From contig DATBAJ010000060.1 in the NCBI GenBank assembly GCA_036271575.1, positions 5,579 to 69,578 of the forward strand: a stretch of 64,000 bases of DNA, in the 5' to 3' direction. The position numbers were made by a program, and so were the translations under genes. This DNA comes from Gammaproteobacteria bacterium. GTDB lineage: Bacteria > Pseudomonadota > Gammaproteobacteria > Natronospirales > REEB76. Of this stretch, positions 44,101-53,902 are shown piece after piece; within the stretch, counting starts at the first letter, position 1, and each line of letters starts with the position of its first letter. The notes under the pieces are model-generated. The model was not told the origin of the DNA. It saw nothing but the letters and a program-made list of their open reading frames with translations, and did not search any database.

Positions 44101-47010
44101 TACGGCCGTCACCGTCACGCTCACCTGGGCGGAGGAGGAGACGAGCTTGCTGACACCGTCGGTGGCGGTGAAACTGAAACTGTCGGCACCGGTATAACCC
44201 GCCGCCGGACTGTAGGTGAAGACGCCACTCGCCGCCGTCACGGCGACGCTGCCATGGGCGGGTTTGCTCGCGGTGAAGGTCAGCGCATTGCCGGCGGCGT
44301 CGCTGGCGCTGAGCGTGCCCTTCACCGGTGTGCCGGAATAGGTGGCAAGCGTCATGGCACTGGCGATGGGCGCCACGCTGTTGGCGCCTCCGCCACCGCT
44401 GCTCCCGCCGCTTCCGCTCCCACCACTCCCGCTTCCACCGCCGCTGCCTCCGCCGCTACTACCACCGCCGCTGCTGCCGCCTCCGGTACCAGTGGTGCTG
44501 ACTGAGAGGCTGACGGTGGCCGGGTTGGACTTGGCCTTGAGCACGGTGTCGGTGGCGGTGTAGGTGAAGCTGTCGCTGCCGGTGAAGCCCGTGGCCGGCG
44601 TGTAGCTGAAGGCGCCGGTGCTGGCGTCGGTGATCTTGACGCTGCCGTGGCTGGGTGCAGTGCCGACGGCGAAACTGGGCGAGGCGCTGCCGGTGGCGGT
44701 GAGGGTGCCGCTGAACGCGGTGTTCTCGGTGATGTTGAAACTCAGGTTGGAGACCGTGGGTGCGCCCGGCGGCGGAGGCGGCAAGGTCACGGTGATGCTG
44801 TCGGTGGCAAGGTTGGAATCCAGGCTGCCGTCGTTGGCCTTCCAGGTGAACTTGTCGGAACCGATGAAGCCATCGTTCGGCGTGTAGGTGAAGGCGCTGC
44901 TGCCGGCGCTGCTGAGCTTGAGCTTGCCGTGGGCTGGCTGGGTCACGATGATGAAGCTCAGCGTGGCATCGAGCGCTTCGGTGGCGGACAAGGCGGCATT
45001 CAAGGTCTGGCCCGACGCCACTGTGAGAGTATCGTCGTCCTTCGCCACCGGTGCCGGCGGGATGATGGTCTGGGTGAAGCTGCCGTAGCCGGTCTGGCCG
45101 TAACCGTTGGTGACGGAGAGGGTCACCAGGACCGTGCCGGTACCCTTGGCGGTGGGCTTGACGCTCAGGGAACAGGCATCCAGCGCCAGGCTCGCGCCGC
45201 AATTGGAGGAGAGCGTGAGGCTGGCGGCAGGCAGGATCGAGCTGTCCGAGGAGGTAACGGCGACACCGAGGTGCGGTTGGCTGCCGGTGTTGCCGCTGAG
45301 GTTGAAGGCCTGCTGCGAGGCGCTGCCGCCGGCGATGGCCGTGGCGTCCTGCAGCCCGCTGACGGCGGGAGCCTTGATCTGGGTGAAGCTGAATTCATAG
45401 GCGCCGATGTCCGGCGCCACGTCCCGCACGTAGCCGCGCTGGTCGAGCAGCGGCGCACCGCTGGTGTTCCCGCCGTTGAACGCCGCGCCGATGATGATGG
45501 CCATGGTCTGGGTCGGGCCGCCGTTGTTGGCGAGCGGCAGCAGCGCGGGGCTGGTGAACTGGTCGCTGCCCACGAGGCAGGAGGCGGAAGTCGGGCCGAC
45601 CACATCGTGGCCGCCGCTCAAGCTGCCGCCGGCGTTCTCGCAGTCGATCGCGGCGCTGCTGGTGGTGTTGCCGGAGGTATCGGTGGTGAGCTGCAGGGAG
45701 CCGTACATGATCGATGAGTCCACATCCAGGCTGGCGGCTGCGGAAGCGTCGGCCGCCGGCGAACCGGGTGTGGCGAGCCGCAGGCTGTAGACCGCGCCGC
45801 CGGACACGGCGGATCCGGACAAGGTATTGCCCGCCAGCGTGGAGTAACTGATGGTGATGCTGCCGTTGAGGTTGAAGATCGCGGCGCCGAGTCCTTCGGC
45901 CTGACCGAATCCGGCCGCGCCGCCGGCACCGCCTTGTGAGCTGTTGGCAGTGAGGGTGCAGTTCTGCAGCGTCACGCTGCCGCCTTCGTTGAAGATGGCG
46001 CCGCCCATGCCTGCGCCGCCGCCGTCGAAGACGAGGCCGAAGCCGCCGCCGAAGCCGCCGGGACTGATCCCGCCGCCACCACCGCCGAAACCGCCGAACC
46101 CGTTGATGCCGCCGCCACCACCACCGAAACCACCGTTCTTGCCGTTGCCGCCGCCGCCGCCCACGCCGCCGGCCTGGCCGGGGCCGCCGCCGTTGCCGAA
46201 CTCGCCGGGCGGGGTGTTGCTGTCGGGCCAGGGCGGGTTACTGCTGAAACCGCCGCCTTCGCCGAAGCTGTCGCCGCTGCCGCCCATGCCGCCGCCGCCG
46301 CCCGGATCGCCGTTGTTGGTGGTGTTGGTGCTGCCGCCGGCGCCGCCGCTGGCCTGGTTGCCCACCAGGGTCACGCCTTGGAGCGTGAGCGTGCCCTGGT
46401 TGTAGATGGCGCCGCCGGCACCGAGTCCACCGCCGCCGCCGCCCAGCGCGCTGCTGCCGCCGGCGCCGCCTTGCGCCAAGCCGTTCTCCAGCGTGAGGTT
46501 GATGAGCGTGAGGTTGCCGTGGGACGGCAAGCTGGTGAACACGACCTTGCCGTTGCCGTCCTGGGGCGGGTTGTAAGCGCTCAAGGATTCGCCGCCGCCG
46601 ATATAGAAGATGCGGAACGGCGACACGCCCTGGTTGGGGCTGCGCATGATGACGGTGCCCTTGGGGTCGCCGACGATGGTGATCCTGGAGGTGATGGGCG
46701 GCAGACCGTTGGGGCCGTACCAGTCGTTGTCGGCGGTGCCGATCTTGTAGGTGCCGGCGGCGAGCACGATCACATCGCCGCCGTTGGTCTTGTCGTCGCC
46801 CGCGGGACAGGCGCCGGTCTGGCTGTTGCTGTTGGCGGCGTTGATGGCGTCCACCAGGGAACAGGAATTGTTGCCCGCACCCACCGCCGCGGCCGCGACC
46901 CTGATGACGTTGGCCTGGGCTCCGGCCGCGGACGCCGCCAGCGCCGCCGCCAGCAGCAGGCTGGCACACCAGCGGGGCCGGACGAGGCGGACAGGGCCGG
47001 ATTGGGACAT
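41134..47010 (-). CDS. Large surface/adhesin protein: CSLREA-like start, Gly-rich beta-helix, choice-of-anchor-Q-like motif, 10 Ig-like ~95-aa repeats, internal TM pair, 8-stranded OM barrel
   Basis: Signal peptide; 'CSLVDAINAAN'; GGAI(Y/F)N repeats; 'LANNGGPTQT...DQRG..R...DIGAYE'; ten 'P.HG...G.F.Y.P..G..G.DSF.F' repeats; barrel 'WYVGG...LSLGVEFTF'. Confidence 0.85.
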   Translation of the reverse strand: MSQSGPVRLVRPRWCASLLLAAALAASAAGAQANVIRVAAAAVGAGNNSCSLVDAINAANSNSQTGACPAGDDKTNGGDVIVLAAGTYKIGTADNDWYGPNGLPPITSRITIVGDPKGTVIMRSPNQGVSPFRIFYIGGGESLSAYNPPQDGNGKVVFTSLPSHGNLTLINLTLENGLAQGGAGGSSALGGGGGGLGAGGAIYNQGTLTLQGVTLVGNQASGGAGGSTNTTNNGDPGGGGGMGGSGDSFGEGGGFSSNPPWPDSNTPPGEFGNGGGPGQAGGVGGGGGNGKNGGFGGGGGGINGFGGFGGGGGGISPGGFGGGFGLVFDGGGAGMGGAIFNEGGSVTLQNCTLTANSSQGGAGGAAGFGQAEGLGAAIFNLNGSITISYSTLAGNTLSGSAVSGGAVYSLRLATPGSPAADASAAASLDVDSSIMYGSLQLTTDTSGNTTSSAAIDCENAGGSLSGGHDVVGPTSASCLVGSDQFTSPALLPLANNGGPTQTMAIIIGAAFNGGNTSGAPLLDQRGYVRDVAPDIGAYEFSFTQIKAPAVSGLQDATAIAGGSASQQAFNLSGNTGSQPHLGVAVTSSDSSILPAASLTLSSNCGASLALDACSLSVKPTAKGTGTVLVTLSVTNGYGQTGYGSFTQTIIPPAPVAKDDDTLTVASGQTLNAALSATEALDATLSFIIVTQPAHGKLKLSSAGSSAFTYTPNDGFIGSDKFTWKANDGSLDSNLATDSITVTLPPPPPGAPTVSNLSFNITENTAFSGTLTATGSASPSFAVGTAPSHGSVKITDASTGAFSYTPATGFTGSDSFTYTATDTVLKAKSNPATVSLSVSTTGTGGGSSGGGSSGGGSGGGSGSGGSGSGGSSGGGGANSVAPIASAMTLATYSGTPVKGTLSASDAAGNALTFTASKPAHGSVAVTAASGVFTYSPAAGYTGADSFSFTATDGVSKLVSSSAQVSVTVTAVPVSDKAAPVVGSASFTTYENVTVTGQLSASDAAGNALNYLRVTAPAHGTVTVTPASGAFSYTPATGYVGRDSFTFSASDAITTVSSTSATITLTMVALPPAAPAKPVANGAAFPAYENVVVSAAVTASEAAGDPLTYAPVTLPSHGVLNLTGGTGAFTYTPAAGYIGPDSFSFSATDTSITQTSDPATVTLSVSALPPPGPVASNLSVATYENVTVAGALPASDGGGHAFTYAVAVGPAHGILSLNAATGAFTYAPTASYIGADSFTFTVTDNTTLAISAPATVTLSVDPVPGSDPSTAAPLAGNASVTVYESQVLSARVSAASAGGNALTYTAVSQPTHGILNLTTNSGLYTYTPTPTYTGADSFSFTATDNGTGVVSANATVSITVATAPPPATPPQVSDAAFTLYQDQPLSGTLAAADAAGNPVEFSVVQPDHGTVSLTAATGAFTYTPPAGFTGSDSFTFTAIDTSSNAASSAATVTLDVSATPITGVAPLASGASVSVYQGQVLKGLLAAVTVGGDTLSYALKSKPAHGSVKVTAASGVYSYSPTAGYTGKDSFSFVATDKVTHLMSSAATLAVTVVSPPLQAVAPLANGLALSVYSGQPIDSAVSAVDVNGNPVTYAVTTKPKNGSLTLQAGDGGFSYTPAAGFTGSDSFAYTATDTVSKLVSTAAAVEITVVPAPPAPVHHGGPSLVGKGSYGSFILMLLALLSLGRRLYTARRCWAMLAVFAATALPATVLSDDAPAPVVEAPVTDAWYVGGDANLIKPDSKRDASGGGLKGWGLLVGRDLGDFALEFDAQYHADAPQALGDLANWKTYGADGLWYFQEHKSDVFSPFLDAGLGLADQYRGDDSKVRSAYLKFGAGINSAPWRSLPLRFRADLAVQHVFSGYNDLLLSLGVEFTFGGSVPPPVPPTMPDASPLEQYPMAWCTAQGGTPYETSTGWVCEEPAKPAKPVCPPAASSAAAPAAASAAAPAASSCPPQDAPPPR

Positions 47011-47155
47011 GCGGGATTTTCCCGGAGGCGACGACTAGGGGTTCTACCTGATTATAAGGTAGCGCCGCCCGCTGGGCCGGCTTCTATAGCTGTCATACGA
47101 CGTATCTGTCGGGCACTCGTCGCGGCGACTCCGGGGGTCCCTGCCGGGACAGCGT

Positions 47156-47272
47156 TCAGGCGCGCGTGAAAAGATGCAGAGCGCCCGTGACGATGGCGAA
47201 CACGGCGACCGACGCGAGATAGATCCCGAGGAACCACAGCCAGGCCCTGAGCCGCGGACCCGGCGCCCTCAA
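47156..47272 (-). CDS. 38-aa single-TM protein (DUF2474-like), probable cytochrome bd small subunit; not in ORF track
   Basis: TTG start overlapping cydB stop (TTGA); MRAPGPRLRAWLWFLGIYLASVAVFAIVTGALHLFTRA*. Confidence 0.7.
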   Translation of the reverse strand: MRAPGPRLRAWLWFLGIYLASVAVFAIVTGALHLFTRA

Positions 47273-48270
47273 TGGTAGTGCTCGCCGGCTTTCACCTTGC
47301 CGCTGAAGATGTAGTAACCGGCGATGGTGTAGGTGAGGATGACGGGGATGACGATGAGGAAGCCCACCAGTGTGAACACCTGGCTGGACTCCGGTGCCGC
47401 CGCCTGCTCGAACGTGAGGGCCCGCGGCACGATGTAGGGCCAGATGCTGATGATGAGCCCGAGGTAGGCCAGCATGAAGAGTCCCACGCTGCAGTAGAAC
47501 GGTACGTAGTCATGACGGCGTTTGAGCGCGTACCCGAGACCGGCGGCCAGGAGCAGCGTGGCGAGCGGCACTTGGGAGAGATAGTAGAAGTTCGGCAATG
47601 AGAACCAGCGCTCGCGGATGGCCGCAGACATGAGCGGCGTCCAGATGCTGACGATGGCGACGGCGACGAGCATGAGCAGCAGACTGCGGCGCGCCATGCG
47701 ATAGCACCAGTCCAGGAGATCCCCCTCGGTCTTCATGATGAGCCAGCTGGATCCCAGCAAGGCATAGCCGGCCACCACGCTCAGGCCCGTGAACAGGCTG
47801 AAGGGCGTGAGCCAGTCGAAGCTGCCGCCGGTGTAACGGCCGTCCACCACCGAGATGCCCTGCACCACGGCGCCGAGGGTGATGCCCTGGCAGAGCGCCG
47901 TGAGCACGGAGCCGGCGCAGAAAGCCGCATCCCAGAGGTAGCGGCTGCTGTGGGCCTTGAAACGGAACTCGAAGGAGATGCCGCGGAAGATCAGCGCCAC
48001 CAGCATCAGGATCAAGGGGATGTAGAGGGCGTGCAGCAGGATAGCGTAGGCGCGGGGGAAGGCCGCGAACAGGCCCACACCGCCCATCACCAGCCAGGTC
48101 TCATTGCCGTCCCAGACCGGCGCGACGGTGTTCATCATGATGTCGCGGTGTTCGTGGCTGCGGGCGAAGGGGAACAGGATGCCGATGCCGAGATCGAAGC
48201 CGTCCATCACCACGTAGATGGCGACGCCGAGCGCGATGATGCCGGCCCAGACCAGAGGTAGCAGGTGCAT
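47269..48270 (-). CDS. cydB: Cytochrome bd oxidase subunit II
   Basis: 'YVVMDGFDLGIG','APVWDGNETWLV','FRG..FEFR'. Confidence 0.95.
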   Translation of the reverse strand: MHLLPLVWAGIIALGVAIYVVMDGFDLGIGILFPFARSHEHRDIMMNTVAPVWDGNETWLVMGGVGLFAAFPRAYAILLHALYIPLILMLVALIFRGISFEFRFKAHSSRYLWDAAFCAGSVLTALCQGITLGAVVQGISVVDGRYTGGSFDWLTPFSLFTGLSVVAGYALLGSSWLIMKTEGDLLDWCYRMARRSLLLMLVAVAIVSIWTPLMSAAIRERWFSLPNFYYLSQVPLATLLLAAGLGYALKRRHDYVPFYCSVGLFMLAYLGLIISIWPYIVPRALTFEQAAAPESSQVFTLVGFLIVIPVILTYTIAGYYIFSGKVKAGEHYH

Positions 48271-49655
48271 CACTTGTCCTCCACGCCGCCGAAGGCGGGT
48301 CGGGCCGGCGATGACTTGCCGCCAGCGGGCTCCGGCGGCTTCGCCGCGGCCGGACCGCCGCGGATGACCTTGATCATGTAATAGAGGTAGGCCGCCATCA
48401 CCACCGTATAGGCGACGATGAAGGTGAGCAGGGACCAGAGCACTTGGCCCCCCGGTACTTCGGTGGCGACATCCGCGGTGCGCAGCAAGCCATACACCAC
48501 CCAGGGTTGGCGGCCCGTCTCAGCGACCCACCAGCCGGCCACGGTGGCGACGAAACCCGCCGGCACCATCCATACAGCCGCGGTCAAGAACCATCGCGGT
48601 GACCGATCTTCACGCCGTCTGAGATACCACAGGCCGAGCCAGGCGTAGGCGAGCATCAGGAAGCCGAGCCCCACCATGATGCGGAAGGCGAAGAACACCA
48701 CCGGCACCACGGGCCAATCTTCGGGAGACACCGAGTCGAGACCGGTGACCACGCCGTCCGCGTGATGCTTGATGATGAGGCTGCCGGCCTCCGGGATCTC
48801 GATGGAGTACAGGTTGCGACGCGTAGCGGTGTCGGGCCAGCCGAACAGTACCAGCGGCGCATGGGCTTCGGTCTCCCAACGGCCCTCGATGGCAGCGACC
48901 TTGATGGGCTGATACTTCTCGGCCACCAGTCCCTGCTGGTCGCCGGCCAGGATCTGCAGCGGCGCGAGGATCGCCGCCGCGACGATCGCGAAGCGGAAGC
49001 TGAAGCGGCCGAAGCGCGGCTCGGACCCCTTCCTCCAAAGCCAGGCGGAGACGCCCGCCACGAACACGCTGGAACTCAGGAGCGCCGCCAGCAGCATGTG
49101 CACCAGGCGGTATGGGAAAGAGGGGTTGAAGACGATCTGCCACCAGTCCAGCGGATAGAAGACGCCGTCCCTTAGCATCGCGCCCACGGGCGTCTGCATC
49201 CAGGAGTTGGCCGACAGGATCCAGAACGCGGAGGTCACGGTGCCGGCGGCCACCAGCAGCGTGGCCGTGTAGTGCAGGCCCTTGCCGACTCGGTTCCAGC
49301 CGAACAGCATGATGCCGAGGAAACCCGCCTCCATGAAGAAGGCGGTGAGCACTTCGTAGCTCATGAGCGGGCCCACCACGCTGCCGGCGATGGCCGAGAA
49401 CCGGCCGAAGTTGGTGCCGAACTCGTAGGACAGCACCACGCCGGAGACGACCCCCACGCCGAAGGTGAGGGCGAACAGCTTCACCCAGAAGTGATAATGG
49501 CGCCTGTAGAACTCATCACCGGTCTTGAGCCAGAGGCTCTCGAGGATGGCGAGGAAGACGGCGAGACCGATGGTGAGCGTCGGGAACAGGATGTGGAAGC
49601 TGAGCGTGAAGGCCATCTGCATCCGCGAGAGCAGGACCGGATCCAGTGACTCCAT
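48270..49655 (-). CDS. cydA: Cytochrome bd oxidase subunit I (short Q-loop, CIO-like)
   Basis: 'FHILFP','EFGTN','FFMEAGF','ANSWMQTP','QPIKVAAIEG','AETGRQPW'. Confidence 0.95.
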   Translation of the reverse strand: MESLDPVLLSRMQMAFTLSFHILFPTLTIGLAVFLAILESLWLKTGDEFYRRHYHFWVKLFALTFGVGVVSGVVLSYEFGTNFGRFSAIAGSVVGPLMSYEVLTAFFMEAGFLGIMLFGWNRVGKGLHYTATLLVAAGTVTSAFWILSANSWMQTPVGAMLRDGVFYPLDWWQIVFNPSFPYRLVHMLLAALLSSSVFVAGVSAWLWRKGSEPRFGRFSFRFAIVAAAILAPLQILAGDQQGLVAEKYQPIKVAAIEGRWETEAHAPLVLFGWPDTATRRNLYSIEIPEAGSLIIKHHADGVVTGLDSVSPEDWPVVPVVFFAFRIMVGLGFLMLAYAWLGLWYLRRREDRSPRWFLTAAVWMVPAGFVATVAGWWVAETGRQPWVVYGLLRTADVATEVPGGQVLWSLLTFIVAYTVVMAAYLYYMIKVIRGGPAAAKPPEPAGGKSSPARPAFGGVEDK

Positions 49656-49895
49656 GCGTCGACTCCAGGCAGGGATGCGGGTATGTCGGCCGGCGCTATT
49701 GTACCGCCGCTTCAGCCCCCGCTTCAGTCAGGCACTGAGCCGGAATCAGGGTTTCCCCGATGGGTGAGGCCAGGGCCTTTGGCTATCATTTGCGCCAGAC
49801 GTTGCTCAAGGGGAGCATCAGCGGGATCCCAAGGGTCCCCGTGGACAACTGCAGCGGCATGGAAGCATGCCGCTGCAGTCCTGCTTTTCCCGCCC

Positions 49896-51560
49896 TCAGC
49901 CGCTTTTCCCTACCTGCCGCTGCTGCCGATACCGCCGGATGAGGTTGTTGGTGGAGCTGTCATGCCGCAGTTCCGGCTCTCCCATATCTTCCAGCTCATG
50001 TAGCGTATTCCTCGCCAGGCTCTTGCCCAGCTCCACGCCCCATTGGTCGAAGGAATCGATGTTCCAGATCACGCCCTGGGTGAACACGCTGTGTTCGTAG
50101 AGCGCTATCAGCGCGCCGAAGCTCTGGGGTGTGAGGCGCTCGGCCAGCAGGGTGTTGCTGGGCCGGTCGCCCTCCAGCACCCGGTGCGGTATCTGCCAGT
50201 CCGGCACGTCCTCGGCCTTGAGCTGCGCCGCGGTCTTGCCGAACGCCAGGGCTTCAGTCTGCGCAAACAGCGCGGCCATCAGCTTGTCGTGATGACCGTC
50301 CAGGGGATTCAGGCTCTGGCAGAAGCCGATGAAATCGCAGGGCACCAAGCGCGTGCCCTGGTGCAGCAACTGATAGAAGGAATGCTGGCCGTTAACGCCG
50401 CGCTGCCCCCAGTAGACCGGCGAGGTGGCATAGTCCAGCGGCGTGCCGTCCTGGTCCACGTGCTTGCCGTTGCTCTCCATGGTGAGTTGTTGCAGGTAGG
50501 CGGGCAGGTGCCGCAGGTACTGATCGTAGGGGAGCACGGCCACGGATTGCGCGTCGAAGAAGTTGCCGTACCAGACGGCGAGCAGGCCCATGAGCACGGG
50601 CAGGTTCGAGGCGAATGGCGCGGTGCGGAAGTGCCGGTCCATGGCATGGAAGCCGGCGAGCATGGCGCGGAAGTTCTCCTCGCCCACGGCGATCATGGTG
50701 GAGAGGCCGATGGCCGAATCCATGGAGTAGCGGCCGCCCACCCAGTCCCAGATGCGGAACAGGTTGTCACGGGGGATGCCGAAGCGGGCGACCTCGGTCG
50801 GGCTGCTGGATACCGCCACGAAGTGCCTGGGGATGGCCCGTTCGCCGCCGAGCTTGCTCAGGCACCAGCGGCGCGCGCTGTGGGCGTTGGCGAGGGTCTC
50901 CGGCGTGGTGAAGCTCTTGGAACTCACGATGAACATGGTCTCGGCGGGCTGCAGGCCGCGGGTGACTTCCTCGAAGTCGGTGCCGTCGATGTTAGATAAG
51001 AAACGGAAGCCGAGGTCGCGGCGGCTGTACTGGCGCAGCGCGGCGTCGGCCATCACCGGTCCCAGGTCCGAACCGCCCAGGCCTATGTTGACGATGTTGC
51101 GGATACGCTTGCCCGTATAGCCCAAGCGCTGGCCGTTGCGGATCTCGCCGGCGAAGGCTGCCATCTTGTCCAGCACTCCGTGGACCTGGGGCACCAGGTC
51201 CACCCCGTCCAACAGGATGGACTCGTCCTTGGGAGCGCGCAGCGCCACGTGCAGGGCCGCGCGCTTCTCCGTGACGTTGATCTTCTCGCCATCGAACATG
51301 GCCGCGATGCGGCGCTTGAGGCCGCACTGCTCCGCGAGGTCCAACAGCAGCCGCAGGCTCTCGTCGGTGATGAGGTTCTTGGAATAGTCCAGGAACAAGC
51401 CGGCGCCTTCCGCCGTGAAACGCTCGCCGCGGCCCGGGTCATCGGCGAACAGCTTCCTGAGATGCTGGCGGCGGATCTCGCGGGAGTGCAGGTGCAGCGC
51501 GCGCCAAGCGGCGGAAGCGGTGAGTCCGGTGCCGTCGACCCGGGAGGAACTGCCCCTCAT
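49896..51560 (-). CDS. pgi: Glucose-6-phosphate isomerase
   Basis: 'DYSKN','GGSDLG','WVGGRYS','MESNGK','QHSFYQL','[10 protein letters not shown]'; ATG 51560 overlaps tal stop. Confidence 0.95.
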   Translation of the reverse strand: MRGSSSRVDGTGLTASAAWRALHLHSREIRRQHLRKLFADDPGRGERFTAEGAGLFLDYSKNLITDESLRLLLDLAEQCGLKRRIAAMFDGEKINVTEKRAALHVALRAPKDESILLDGVDLVPQVHGVLDKMAAFAGEIRNGQRLGYTGKRIRNIVNIGLGGSDLGPVMADAALRQYSRRDLGFRFLSNIDGTDFEEVTRGLQPAETMFIVSSKSFTTPETLANAHSARRWCLSKLGGERAIPRHFVAVSSSPTEVARFGIPRDNLFRIWDWVGGRYSMDSAIGLSTMIAVGEENFRAMLAGFHAMDRHFRTAPFASNLPVLMGLLAVWYGNFFDAQSVAVLPYDQYLRHLPAYLQQLTMESNGKHVDQDGTPLDYATSPVYWGQRGVNGQHSFYQLLHQGTRLVPCDFIGFCQSLNPLDGHHDKLMAALFAQTEALAFGKTAAQLKAEDVPDWQIPHRVLEGDRPSNTLLAERLTPQSFGALIALYEHSVFTQGVIWNIDSFDQWGVELGKSLARNTLHELEDMGEPELRHDSSTNNLIRRYRQQRQVGKSG

Positions 51561-52663
51561 GCCGCGCTCGCCTTGAGGTGCTTGGACTTTTCTGCAACCT
51601 GATGCATCAACTGGTGCCAGGATTTGGTGAAAGCCGCGGTGCCTTCCTGCTGGAGTCGCCCTGCGAGCGCGGGGATGTCGATCCCCGTCGCGGTGAAGGC
51701 ATCCAGCACTTTCCGGCTGTCGCCCCCGTCCGGTGCCATGACGCCACGCAGCCTGCCGTGTTCGGCGAAGGCCTGCAGGGTCTTCTCCGGCATGGTATTG
51801 ATGGTGTCCGGCGCCGCCAGCGCCTCCACGTACAGCGTGTCGGAGGCCTGGGGATCCTTGGTGCCGGTGCTGGCCCACAGGAGTTTCTGCTTCAGGGCAC
51901 CGCCGGAGGCCAGCGTGCGCCAGCGGGAGGAGCCATGCAGTTCGCAATAAGCGCGGTACACCTGTTGTGATACGGCTATCCCAAGCCGGTTCACGAGTTC
52001 CGCGGGCACTTGCTTGGCCACGGCCACATCCCAGCGGCTGACGAACAGCGAGGCCACCGAATGCACCCGCGGGTCCAGGCCCGCATCCATCCGACGCTGG
52101 ATGCCGCGCTGGTAGGCCTCGGCGGCCGCCAGGTATTGCTCGCGGGAGAACAGCAGGGTCACGTTGACGGGCACGCCCTTGAAGATGGCTTCCTCGATGG
52201 CGGGCACGCCGGCCGCGGTGCCGGGGATCTTCATGAATAAATTGGGGCTCTTCACCCGCGCATGCAGTTCCACGGCGGCTTGCACCGAGCCCGCGGTGTC
52301 ATCCGCCAGGAGCGGTGAGATTTCCAGGGATACCCAGCCGTCCATGGCCTTGCTGGCATCGAAGACAGGTTCAAAGAGCTTCGCCGCTTCCGTGAGATCC
52401 TGCAGCGCGAGGTCGAAGAACAGGGCTTCGGTGGATAGGGCCTGCGGTGCAGCCTTGCGGATGGCGGCATCGTAGGCGTCCGAATCGCCGATGGCCTTGT
52501 CGAAGATGGTGGGGTTGGAGGTGAGGCCGGTCACCGACATCGCATCGATGTAACGCCGCAACGCGCCGCTTCGCAGCAGCTTGCGGTCGATATTGTCCAG
52601 CCACAGGCTCTGGCCGAGATCCTGCAGGCGCTGGGTGGGCTTCTTGGCCGCGCTTAGGTCCAT
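51557..52663 (-). CDS. tal: Transaldolase
   Basis: 'GQSLWLDNI','GLTSNPTIF','KIPGT','NVTLLFS','LWASTG.K','NTMP'; AGGAG before ATG 52663. Confidence 0.95.
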   Translation of the reverse strand: MDLSAAKKPTQRLQDLGQSLWLDNIDRKLLRSGALRRYIDAMSVTGLTSNPTIFDKAIGDSDAYDAAIRKAAPQALSTEALFFDLALQDLTEAAKLFEPVFDASKAMDGWVSLEISPLLADDTAGSVQAAVELHARVKSPNLFMKIPGTAAGVPAIEEAIFKGVPVNVTLLFSREQYLAAAEAYQRGIQRRMDAGLDPRVHSVASLFVSRWDVAVAKQVPAELVNRLGIAVSQQVYRAYCELHGSSRWRTLASGGALKQKLLWASTGTKDPQASDTLYVEALAAPDTINTMPEKTLQAFAEHGRLRGVMAPDGGDSRKVLDAFTATGIDIPALAGRLQQEGTAAFTKSWHQLMHQVAEKSKHLKASAA

Positions 52664-52885
52664 GATGCGATGCACTCCTGGGGTGGTGCTTCCCATTCTC
52701 GACACCGGTCTCAGGATTTCCGTGCGCGGCTGCACATAAGGCGGAATCCATCCGCCGTTCCGTATCATAATCGACACAATCGCGGTGGCTCAGGATGGGC
52801 GGGGGCGTCAAATCTGCGTCGGTGGGAGCGTGGTAGTAATGTGAGTACAAGCGCGCGGAGTTGACTCCGCGCAGAGAGGTCGCCA

Positions 52886-53902
52886 GTGCAAATCGGATTG
52901 ATCGGGTTGGGCCGCATGGGCGGCAACATCGTGCAGCGGCTGATGCGTGCCGGTCATGAATGCGTCGTGTACGACATCCATCCACCGGCGGTCGCCGCGC
53001 TGGCGGAGAAGGGCGCCATCGGCGCGGCGTCCATCGAAGATCTCGTGCACAAGCTCCGGGCGCCGCGGGCGGTATGGATGATGCTGCCGGCAGCCGTGGT
53101 GGAGCAGACCTACCAGACACTGGGCAGCTCGCTGAAGGCTGAAGATATCCTGATCGACGGCGGCAACTCTCACTATCGTGATGACATCCGCCGCGCCGGC
53201 GTCCTCAAGGGCCGCGGCATCCACTATGTGGACATCGGCACCAGCGGCGGTGTCTGGGGCCTCGATGCGGGCTACTGTCTGATGGTGGGTGGCGAAGCGG
53301 GGCCGGTACAGCGGTTGGAGCCGATATTGAAGACCCTGGCGCCGGGCAGCGATGCAGCGCCACGCACGCCTGGGCGCGAGGGCGCGCCGGCTCCCGCCGA
53401 GCAGGGGTATCTGCACTGCGGCGGCAACGGTGCCGGGCATTTCGTGAAGATGATCCACAACGGCATCGAATACGGGATGATGCAGGCTTACGCGGAGGGC
53501 CTGAACATCCTGGCTCACGCCAATGCCGGCAAGGTGGCGCAGCATGGCGACGCGGAGACCGCGCCGCTCGATGATCCCACTGCCTACCAGTACGACTTCG
53601 ACCTCGCGGCAGTGACCGAGGTGTGGCGGCGCGGCAGCGTGATCCGCTCCTGGTTGCTGGATATGAGCGCCCACGCCCTGTTGGCGGATGGCGCACTGAA
53701 GGGTTTCCGCGAACAGGTCGCGGATTCCGGCGAGGGCCGCTGGACCCTGCGGGCCGCCATCGACACCTCGGTACCGGCGCCGGTGCTGAGCGCCGCGCTC
53801 TACGCGCGCTTCGATTCACGCAGCGAATCCGACTTCGCCAACCGCCTGCTCTCGGCCATGCGCAGCGAGTTCGGCGGCCACCCCGGCGGGAAGGGCTCGT
53901 GA
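52886..53902 (+). CDS. gnd: 6-phosphogluconate dehydrogenase, decarboxylating (short form)
   Basis: 'GLGRMG','IDGGNS','GTSGG','GHFVKMIHNGIEY','DSGEGRW','MRSEFGGH'. Confidence 0.95.
   Translation: MQIGLIGLGRMGGNIVQRLMRAGHECVVYDIHPPAVAALAEKGAIGAASIEDLVHKLRAPRAVWMMLPAAVVEQTYQTLGSSLKAEDILIDGGNSHYRDDIRRAGVLKGRGIHYVDIGTSGGVWGLDAGYCLMVGGEAGPVQRLEPILKTLAPGSDAAPRTPGREGAPAPAEQGYLHCGGNGAGHFVKMIHNGIEYGMMQAYAEGLNILAHANAGKVAQHGDAETAPLDDPTAYQYDFDLAAVTEVWRRGSVIRSWLLDMSAHALLADGALKGFREQVADSGEGRWTLRAAIDTSVPAPVLSAALYARFDSRSESDFANRLLSAMRSEFGGHPGGKGS

Noticed and set aside
42050..45060. Periodic ~290-bp repeats as CRISPR or DNA repeat array
   Set aside because: Degenerate at DNA level and explained by ten Ig-like protein repeats; no identical repeat-spacer structure and no cas genes.
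41134..47010. Classical type Va autotransporter
   Set aside because: Barrel region is only ~150 aa (about 8 strands), is not C-terminal, and is preceded by two hydrophobic segments.
49896..52777. Bifunctional tal-pgi fusion or 683-aa extended Pgi
   Set aside because: tal and pgi are in different frames with an ATGA overlap at 51557-51560; the extensions are artefacts of longest-ORF calling.
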